From a virus (lineage: Duplodnaviria > Caudoviricetes): a DNA stretch of 64,000 nt. Within the stretch, counting starts at the first letter, position 1, and each line of letters begins with the position of its first letter. The translations under genes were made by a program, and so were the position numbers. This document shows, piece after piece, positions 57,796-64,000 of the stretch. Under the pieces are notes generated by a model. The model had not been told where the DNA came from. It saw only the letters and a program-made list of their open reading frames with translations, and searched no databases. The stretch covers positions 1,967 through 65,966 of the IMG/VR virus record IMGVR_UViG_3300037520_001069; one strand, 5' to 3'.

Positions 57796-58122
57796 TTAAG
57801 CCTCCGCAAGGGGCTTGAAATAAATCTTCTTGGGCATATAGCCGAAGACGAATGAGGTGACCTTGCAGAGCCATAGCAATTTATTGTTATGGCGGTAAGT
57901 CGCACCGCCAATGAATGGCGTGTTGACAATCTTGGTCAGTACATCGCACCCGTCAAAAGGCTCGGTGTCAAGAGTGAGGGTGATTGTGGGTCGCCCTTCG
58001 GATAAGCGGTCAAGGAGCGTGTCTGCTCCTGCGACCATAGCAAGGTCGCCTTTTGCTCCTCGCCATTCGGGAAGGTCAATATACCATTGACCGCCCTCGT
58101 TGTTGAATGTGTATTGTGTCAT
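57796..58122 (-). CDS. DUF6717-like protein
   Basis: WYIDLPEW...MVAGADTLLD...WLC.V..FVFG..PKKIY. Confidence 0.7.
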   Translation of the reverse strand: MTQYTFNNEGGQWYIDLPEWRGAKGDLAMVAGADTLLDRLSEGRPTITLTLDTEPFDGCDVLTKIVNTPFIGGATYRHNNKLLWLCKVTSFVFGYMPKKIYFKPLAEA

Positions 58123-58130
58123 GTGTTTTA

Positions 58131-58158
58131 CGAAGATATTGCAATAATTGTGCCAAAG
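58131..58158 (-). promoter_or_regulatory. Sigma54-type -24/-12 promoter with a nested -7-like element
   Basis: - strand reads CTTTGGCAC-AATTA-TTGC-AA-TATCTTCG. Confidence 0.7.
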
Positions 58159-58163
58159 TGTTT

Positions 58164-58382
58164 TTATAGTTCAGAAATAATTAAATCGGACAAATAGTCA
58201 TACTCGGCATCTGACAAAATGTCCTCATCGTCAAAGTGTACAACCTTGTGCGTAGTGCATGAGCCATCGTGCATTTCCGTAACAATATATGCACCCGTTA
58301 CAAGTCGCCCGTCCTCCATGCGTAGGGAAAAAACGCCATCAGTCCTTGTGGACTCATGCTTCATGTTTAGGTCAGTTATCAT
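58164..58382 (-). CDS. Hypothetical acidic early protein
   Basis: ORF overlapping the upstream stop codon by 4 nt. Confidence 0.5.
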   Translation of the reverse strand: MITDLNMKHESTRTDGVFSLRMEDGRLVTGAYIVTEMHDGSCTTHKVVHFDDEDILSDAEYDYLSDLIISEL

Positions 58383-58693
58383 AGGTTGTAGTCTTGAAAT
58401 AGTGTATCGTCCTTGATAACTTTCTGCGACCATGCACTACTCCAATAGGATGGGCTGATGGAGGCAAGGATGTAGTCATCAAGGATGGTCGGGTCAACCT
58501 CGGTGTAGAGGTAGAAGGTGTCCTCGCATTGCTCAAGTGCTGATAGTGGATTATCCATCGGGCAATCCTCAATAGACATTGCGTAGTATGTTATGGTGTG
58601 ACCATTGCCATCGGGTTTGCAGATGGCAACCTCGCCCATGTCCGTGACGAAAATAGATGTGTTATCGGGTTTGGTTATCTTTCGGTATTTCAT
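58379..58693 (-). CDS. Hypothetical early protein
   Basis: 104-aa ORF, coupled to neighbours. Confidence 0.55.
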   Translation of the reverse strand: MKYRKITKPDNTSIFVTDMGEVAICKPDGNGHTITYYAMSIEDCPMDNPLSALEQCEDTFYLYTEVDPTILDDYILASISPSYWSSAWSQKVIKDDTLFQDYNL

Positions 58694-59079
58694 GTTTGGT
58701 GTGTTTTCTTCTCTTCAATTAAACGCTCTACTTGTTTCATTGGGGCAGTAAGAATTAGTTGACGCAACATTTGTCCATCCATCCCAATGGCCCTTAGTAT
58801 ATGCTCCATTGTTTCTCCATCTACATCTTGTAGCATTTCAATGGCCTCATTTTCATTGTAGGCTTTGGCTTGGTAGTCATCTTCGCAGGGCTTGGGTCGG
58901 TTGTCTATGATTTTTCCATCCGAATCCTCCCAATAGATTTCATTACCTTGAGAATCCCATTCACGCCTTACCCAACCTCCCAATGAGTTCTCAATGTAGA
59001 TTATGTTATGGTTCTTGTCTTTGATTATCAAATATTTATTGGTCTCAAAGTTCCAATTAATTTGTTGTGCGATTGTCAT
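58690..59079 (-). CDS. Early protein with a YD-like (xDS.GN.IY.E.S.G) repeat
   Basis: IIYIENSLG...EWDSQGNEIYWEDSDG. Confidence 0.6.
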   Translation of the reverse strand: MTIAQQINWNFETNKYLIIKDKNHNIIYIENSLGGWVRREWDSQGNEIYWEDSDGKIIDNRPKPCEDDYQAKAYNENEAIEMLQDVDGETMEHILRAIGMDGQMLRQLILTAPMKQVERLIEEKKTHQT

Positions 59080-59384
59080 AGCAGTTGGTTTAGTTTGTGT
59101 TCAAATTCTTGGGTCATGCCCTCAACATCGTACTCGGTTGTGCCATCCTCGTCCGTGCAGAAGGCGATGTCAACAACGATTGTGCTTGGTGGTGTACTTG
59201 AGTACACCTTGTCCATGAAGGCATGGATGCAGTCAAGTTCGCTCACGCTTAACTTGTTAAATTCGGAGGACAAGAAGTCTTGGTAGAGACTATGGGCTCT
59301 TTGCCATGTCTCGTCAAGGTCAGCATAACGCTCTTGCTGAAGGATGCGTGATGCCACGCAGAAAACGGGATAGTAGTGGTTCAT
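59076..59384 (-). CDS. Hypothetical early protein
   Basis: 102 aa; in-frame palindrome (VYSSTP) near the middle. Confidence 0.6.
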   Translation of the reverse strand: MNHYYPVFCVASRILQQERYADLDETWQRAHSLYQDFLSSEFNKLSVSELDCIHAFMDKVYSSTPPSTIVVDIAFCTDEDGTTEYDVEGMTQEFEHKLNQLL

Positions 59385-59689
59385 TTTTCAAAACGGATTT
59401 TAGGAATTGGAAGTGAAGGATTGAATGCAACGGAGCGACCCCCCTTGGTGTAGCCAAGGACAACGCCTATCCCCTTGATGATGGTGTCGCCAATCATAAA
59501 GGATTTGGAGTCTTGGACATAGAGACCCTCGTCATCTACCCACAAGTCATGTCGGTCGGTTAACACAACTCGGTCAACATACTGACATCCGATGGTCTTG
59601 TAGAGCGATTGAAGGATGTTGTCTTTGCCTCCATCTATCTCGGTGATGGTGGCGGTCTTTTCGTTTGGATTAATTACAAGTGCTTTCAT
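59381..59689 (-). CDS. DUF3846-like protein
   Basis: MKALVINP...LQSLYKTIGC..V..V...DLWVDDEGL. Confidence 0.75.
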   Translation of the reverse strand: MKALVINPNEKTATITEIDGGKDNILQSLYKTIGCQYVDRVVLTDRHDLWVDDEGLYVQDSKSFMIGDTIIKGIGVVLGYTKGGRSVAFNPSLPIPKIRFEK

Positions 59690-59748
59690 AGTTATAGTTT
59701 TAAGAAAGGGAGAGGTGTACTTGAGTACACCCCTCCCGTGGTAACCCC

Positions 59749-60624
59749 TTACCACATTTGTGAGTATTTGGTGTCTGATTGAATGGATTGAATGATTTTG
59801 GCAATCGTCTCCTTGGTGAACTCTGCCGTTGACTCTTCCTTGTGGAAGCATGGCAAGTCACCCGCAGGAAGTTCAATGACTATCTCCTCTTTGTCTACCC
59901 CGACAAATCGGAGGAGGGCTTCGTCCGAACAAACTCTGTGCCTATCCTTGCCCGTTTGCGAGCAACCATAAGAAGCGGAGAACGATGCTTCCTTGAGGTA
60001 TTCGCCCAAGCCCTCAAGCCATGCGAATCCGATACGCCTAAAGAAGGACGGGTGGGTGACCGCACCAAGGCGTGGGATGTCTAAAGGCTCGCAGTAGTCT
60101 TTGAGCCCGAAGATGTTCATGCCCTTGTCCTTGTAAACCCATGTGTTAGCGAAGTAACCGCTTATCTTGAGGTCGCAGGAGTCAGCCAAGAACTCGCAGA
60201 TGCTTGCCACCATGCCACCATGGTTGATGAAGGCATTGGCGGAGTGCCCTGCCGTGCAGTTGGATGCGAAGAGCAGATGTACCTTGGGCATCTTGTCGGT
60301 GTTGACCCTACGCCAATAGCATTTTTCCTCGCCTGCAATGAATGAGGCCATGTCAAGGTCATCGCCCTCCTCCGCAAGGATGTAGCCCTTGCGTGGTGCG
60401 GTCAGCGTGTCCACAATGTAGTCACGGGCTCGGATGATTTCCTTGGCATTGTAGCCGTCATAACATCGGTCAACCATCTCTTTGAAATTCTTGGCATCAC
60501 CATAGAATCTCTCGTCCTTATCCTTGCTATGGATGGACTCCGTGCCCATAGCCTTGGCTAATTGCACGAACTCATCAAAACCGCACTCGGTAAAGGTCAA
60601 GTCACCCTCTTGTTCCCACCTCAT
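59749..60624 (-). CDS. vWA-like partner of the MoxR-type ATPase
   Basis: G.DLD...F.AGEE.C, degenerate MIDAS (ASNCTA), HPSFFRR.GF and SYG; coupled to the AAA gene. Confidence 0.65.
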   Translation of the reverse strand: MRWEQEGDLTFTECGFDEFVQLAKAMGTESIHSKDKDERFYGDAKNFKEMVDRCYDGYNAKEIIRARDYIVDTLTAPRKGYILAEEGDDLDMASFIAGEEKCYWRRVNTDKMPKVHLLFASNCTAGHSANAFINHGGMVASICEFLADSCDLKISGYFANTWVYKDKGMNIFGLKDYCEPLDIPRLGAVTHPSFFRRIGFAWLEGLGEYLKEASFSASYGCSQTGKDRHRVCSDEALLRFVGVDKEEIVIELPAGDLPCFHKEESTAEFTKETIAKIIQSIQSDTKYSQMW

Positions 60625-61730
60625 AGGTCAACCCCCTCCGTGAGTCTTTTTACAACATCGGATGCGAGTCCGTTAAGGATGGAATACTCAAGGGCTTTCT
60701 TGATGGAATGCCGACCCGTAGCCACCAACTTGGTGGTGTGGATGGTTTGGCGTGGGCTGATGAGCAGATGGTCATAGCCCAACTCCTTGGCCTTGGCACG
60801 AATCTTCTGCACCGCACGGATGCCCTGCTCAACCTCGGCAATGGCCCGATACCTATTGGGCTCGGTCTCTGAGAAACGCTTGTCAATGTACGGCAGGGCT
60901 TGTGCCATCGCCACCTTGACCTCCAAAGCCGTGTCAATGTTCCAAATAATCCGGCTGAATCGGGTCAATGAAGAGCCGTCCTGCCGTTGTGCGGATGCAT
61001 ACGCCTTGGATGACCCGTGGCCCGTGGTGTTCTGACAAGCGACCACACGAAAGTCGGGGTGCTTGTCCACAAGTACGCCATCCGCAAAGGTGAACCGACT
61101 GCCCTCAAGCAGGCCGTTGAGCATGATGGTGACATCCGAATTGCCTCGGTCATACTCGTCAAGGATGACAAGACCGCCCTTGGTATAGGCATCGTACAAG
61201 GGCGTGGCCTTGTAATTGCCGTGCGGGTCTCGGTAGCCGACAAGAGAGGAGGTGGACATCATGCCGTTGAACGGCTGAAAGTAAGGAGTGAGCCCAAGTG
61301 CCTCGGCACATTGGAACGCACCGAAGGTCTTACCCGACCCTGCCTCACCGATGAGGGCGACATTGAGCCCCAAGTTGATTTGGTAGCACAACTCCTCAAA
61401 GTTCTCATGGGCATGGTCAAACTCTGCCGTTGCACCCGTGGGTGATATTAAACGGGTGACACGGGCACGGGGCAACTTATCAAGAGCCTTGGCGGTAGCC
61501 TCGCTGACATCTTGCTTGATGATTTGGGCAAGGCGTGGGTCGGCAAGGATGGAGGCCATAAGTGACTCGGTGTCTATGGCAGGTGTACTTGAGTACACCT
61601 CTGCCTCGCCCGATTCAAGGGTCTCACGCATGGCTTGAGCAACTGCGTCTGCCAACTGCGTCTGCACTTGGGCTTGGGCTTTGGAGGTCGCTCTTTGTAG
61701 CAGAGCCTCCCATTGGGGATTCTTGGACAT
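60621..61730 (-). CDS. MoxR/CbbQ/CobS-like AAA+ ATPase
   Basis: GEAGSGKT, ILDEYD, HPDFRVVA..NT.G.G, RQDGSSLTRF and ISPR. Confidence 0.88.
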   Translation of the reverse strand: MSKNPQWEALLQRATSKAQAQVQTQLADAVAQAMRETLESGEAEVYSSTPAIDTESLMASILADPRLAQIIKQDVSEATAKALDKLPRARVTRLISPTGATAEFDHAHENFEELCYQINLGLNVALIGEAGSGKTFGAFQCAEALGLTPYFQPFNGMMSTSSLVGYRDPHGNYKATPLYDAYTKGGLVILDEYDRGNSDVTIMLNGLLEGSRFTFADGVLVDKHPDFRVVACQNTTGHGSSKAYASAQRQDGSSLTRFSRIIWNIDTALEVKVAMAQALPYIDKRFSETEPNRYRAIAEVEQGIRAVQKIRAKAKELGYDHLLISPRQTIHTTKLVATGRHSIKKALEYSILNGLASDVVKRLTEGVDL

Positions 61731-61736
61731 AATGGT

Positions 61737-61949
61737 TTAGGGGTTTAAGGGTGAATAGGAATAGATTGGTGCTTGAGCCTCAATAAGGTCATCGGGGTTG
61801 GAGGTGAAGCCGTAGCGGTAGCCTCCGCCAATGTCCACGCACCACACTCCATTGCGGAGGTAGGCATCAGACTCGGCAAAGTATTGATACTCGCCATCAC
61901 GGGCTCGCATGAACATCATGCCTTTCTTAATCTCGGATACTTTAATCAT
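61737..61949 (-). CDS. Small early protein
   Basis: 70-aa ORF directly downstream of a promoter. Confidence 0.6.
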   Translation of the reverse strand: MIKVSEIKKGMMFMRARDGEYQYFAESDAYLRNGVWCVDIGGGYRYGFTSNPDDLIEAQAPIYSYSPLNP

Positions 61950-61972
61950 GGTGTAGGGGTTTAGGTTGTTTA

Positions 61973-62000
61973 CAAAGGTAGTGCAAAGATTGTGCCAAAG
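61973..62000 (-). promoter_or_regulatory. Sigma54-type -24/-12 promoter with a nested TAnnTTTG
   Basis: - strand reads CTTTGGCAC-AATCT-TTGC-AC-TACCTTTG. Confidence 0.72.
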
Positions 62001-62018
62001 TCAAAATCGGACACATTG

Positions 62019-62252
62019 TCATGACATAATGTCAAAACGGCAGATGGTGTACGCCATGACGCTCAAGATGTGGATGAGCCACATGGCCTTGATGTCAGAT
62101 AATGCCCCTTGGTAGGGCTCTTCGTCATAGGACAAGCCGTGGTATAGCCCAAGGATGAAGGTTGAGAAAAACAGCATAAGGTTTGCAAGCGAAGGCTCTT
62201 TGATGTATAGGGCAAAGAACGATGGGAGGATTGCGATGATTTTGTGTAGCAT
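62019..62252 (-). CDS. Small membrane protein
   Basis: 77 aa with 2-3 hydrophobic segments. Confidence 0.55.
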   Translation of the reverse strand: MLHKIIAILPSFFALYIKEPSLANLMLFFSTFILGLYHGLSYDEEPYQGALSDIKAMWLIHILSVMAYTICRFDIMS

Positions 62253-62323
62253 GATGGTAGTGAATTTAAGGGTGGAGAGGTTTAAGGGAGGAGAGGTGTA
62301 CTCAAGTACACCTCCCCCGTGGG

Positions 62324-62428
62324 TTAGATTTTACGCTTGTCTACTTTAGGGGCGGACAAGATTCGGATGATGGCCCTTGATAGGGCAAGCGTTCCAAGGA
62401 ACACCGATAGAACAATGAGAGTTTCCAT
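62324..62428 (-). CDS. 34-aa single-TM peptide (not in the ORF track)
   Basis: METLIVLSVFLGTLALSRAIIRILSAPKVDKRKI*; AAACCCC leader; flanked by palindromes. Confidence 0.55.
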   Translation of the reverse strand: METLIVLSVFLGTLALSRAIIRILSAPKVDKRKI

Positions 62429-62485
62429 GTGGTTTGATGGGGTTTAAGAGTGGGAGGTGTACTCAAGTACACCTCCCGTGGTGGA

Positions 62486-62677
62486 TTAAAGGCAGGGCGT
62501 TCCTGCGGAGAAAAGGTGGATGCACTCGCCTTGGGCATTGTACACGCCTACTGCGGTGTATTCAAGGTGGGCCGTGTATGAGGTGGCTTGGGCTTGAATC
62601 CTCGCCTCGGTCTCGGTTAGCGAGGTGGCGAGGAGGTGGTGGTGGTTGGGGGTTTGGGTTGCGATGATGGTAAACAT
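62486..62677 (-). CDS. Small early protein
   Basis: 63-aa ORF with an AAACCCC leader, flanked by palindromes. Confidence 0.55.
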   Translation of the reverse strand: MFTIIATQTPNHHHLLATSLTETEARIQAQATSYTAHLEYTAVGVYNAQGECIHLFSAGTPCL

Positions 62678-62799
62678 GGGTGATAGGGGTTTGGTTGGTG
62701 GTCGGGACGGAAGCCCCCCGACCTTGGGCTTGGAGCGGTGGAGGGAGGCGAATCCCTCGGTGTACTCAAGTACACCTCACGCCATGACACCGCTGAGGA

Positions 62800-63537
62800 T
62801 TAAAGGGAGACCCTGCTGAAGCCCTCGGATGGGGCAGGGGTCTCGGCAGGCTCACCGATGGCATCCACCAACGCCTGCCACACGGCAAGGGCACGCAGGA
62901 GTTCGGCCTTGGTGTTTGAGGTCTGAAGGTTGCCCTCGGCATCAATTCGGGCCGACACGCCACGGGTGGCATCGGGGTCAACATCGCCAAGTCTGAAGGA
63001 CAAGGTGCTGACGGCCTTGGGCTTGGCGGGGGCGGGGGCAGGGGCAACATCGCCCTCGGCCTCGGCCTCTTCAAGAAGGGTCTCAATCTGCTCCTCGGTG
63101 AGCCCTTTGGCATAGTCCACGAAGGCACGGAGCGAGAGGGTGGCATTGCCCTTGGCAACCTCCCTGCGGAACAGCATCACGGCCACGCTCTCTTTGCCGT
63201 CAGCGTCAAACCCAAGGCGGCCTGCATTCTTGAGGACGCTCACCCACTTGGACGATACCTCAGACTCGGTGACAAGCCCAACGGCCACAAGGTGGGCGTT
63301 CTCGGAGGGTAATTTGGTGGATGCGGTATGGCCCTCAATCTGAGTCCATACGGCCTTGAATCCATTGGAGTTGATGGCATCAACATTGGCACGGACAAGC
63401 CCTGCCCTACGGAGGGCGAGCCCGAAGCCGTCAACGGAGTGCTTTGCGTCAGCGGTGTTGAGGGCCTCAATTTGCTTGACCTTGAAGAGGTCAGCCATGG
63501 CGGTGAAATAGTTGGTGGCGGTTGGGGTGGTAGTCAT
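62800..63537 (-). CDS. First early gene, Ala-rich hypothetical protein
   Basis: 245 aa from MTTTPTATNY; lies downstream of a sigma54-type promoter. Confidence 0.7.
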   Translation of the reverse strand: MTTTPTATNYFTAMADLFKVKQIEALNTADAKHSVDGFGLALRRAGLVRANVDAINSNGFKAVWTQIEGHTASTKLPSENAHLVAVGLVTESEVSSKWVSVLKNAGRLGFDADGKESVAVMLFRREVAKGNATLSLRAFVDYAKGLTEEQIETLLEEAEAEGDVAPAPAPAKPKAVSTLSFRLGDVDPDATRGVSARIDAEGNLQTSNTKAELLRALAVWQALVDAIGEPAETPAPSEGFSRVSL

Positions 63538-63587
63538 GGGTGAAAGGGGTTTAGGTTGTGGGGCGGAATTGCCCCGTACCCCTCTCA

Positions 63588-63607
63588 TTGCAAACATCGT
63601 GCCAAAG
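63588..63607 (-). promoter_or_regulatory. Sigma54-type -24/-12 promoter
   Basis: - strand reads CTTTGGCAC-GATGT-TTGCAA. Confidence 0.72.
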
Positions 63608-64000
63608 ATGATTCAAAGGCTTTTGGCAGTCATTTCGGACATGGTGGCAGGGTTAACTGACAAGGTTAACATGACAAGGTGGCAGGGGGCAGGGGCTATC
63701 GGCCCTCCCGTGCCGTTTGGGGCGTTTTGTTGGTGTACTTGAGTACACCTTGTTTGTCTTGTGTTACACTTTCTCTCTCTCACAGCGTCACTCACTCTCT
63801 CTCTTTGGTGGCAGGGGACACGGCAGGGGGGACGGCATGACGGGGACGGGGACGGGCCGACATCGGGACGGCATGGGGGGTGCAGGGGGCATGACGGAAA
63901 CGGCAGAAATTTTGGCAGGGGGCAGGGTAGTCTGACCCCCCCCCACCGACCGAGGGGGGTACTTTCGCAATCGGGGGTCGGTCGCAAATCGGCCGGAGAA

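Larger units (their letters stand above)
52632..63749. repeat. Dispersed 18-bp palindrome GGTGTACT(TG/CA)AGTACACC, 10 perfect copies
   Basis: Starts at 52632, 55181, 57388, 59191, 59714, 61582 and 63732 (TG centre) and at 62295, 62456 and 62759 (CA centre). Confidence 0.95.

Noticed and set aside
60621-61730. The AAA+ ATPase as a sigma54 enhancer-binding protein (it contains GAFQCA)
   Set aside because: GAFQCA directly follows Walker A rather than lying in the L1 loop, the other motifs are MoxR/CbbQ-type, and there is no C-terminal HTH.
52632-63749. The palindromic repeats as a CRISPR array
   Set aside because: The repeats are only 18 bp, spacing ranges from about 160 to 2550 bp with whole genes between, and no cas genes are visible.
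63613-63987. Pro/Cys-rich ORFs at the right end
   Set aside because: They are low-complexity translations of G-rich repeats, upstream of the first promoter.
1-64000. tRNA or rRNA genes, integrase, transposase, or stop-codon recoding
   Set aside because: None recognised by eye. Long genes are intact under the standard code and the intergenic gaps are short.

Overview
This window looks like most of a tailed dsDNA phage genome, probably podovirus-like and infecting Bacteroidota (inferred from repeated TAnnTTTG -7 promoter elements and a BT4734/VirE-N-type primase). The + strand arm (1-44378) carries the end of groEL, groES, small basic proteins, lysis genes, terminase, portal, scaffold, major capsid, tail proteins, ejection proteins, a 4696-aa polyvalent protein and a metallophosphoesterase. 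The - strand arm (44375-63537) carries nucleotide, replication and recombination genes, then many small early genes, ending in a GC-rich non-coding stretch. Four signals stand out. (1) An 18-bp palindrome, GGTGTACT(TG/CA)AGTACACC, occurs as 10 perfect copies at 52.6-63.7 kb plus 2 one-mismatch copies elsewhere, both between genes and in frame inside genes (VYSSTP). (2) Three consensus sigma54-type promoters (TTTGGCAC-N5-TTGC) face the early genes. (3) By eye, the right-hand ~15.4 kb lacks GATC, TCGA, AGCT, CTAG, ACGT and GCGC, which are common elsewhere. (4) The giant protein contains a ~790-aa tandem duplication, three HExxH zincin motifs and a repeated KD(M/S)RVD linker. All family assignments come from recognising motifs by eye; no database searches were run.
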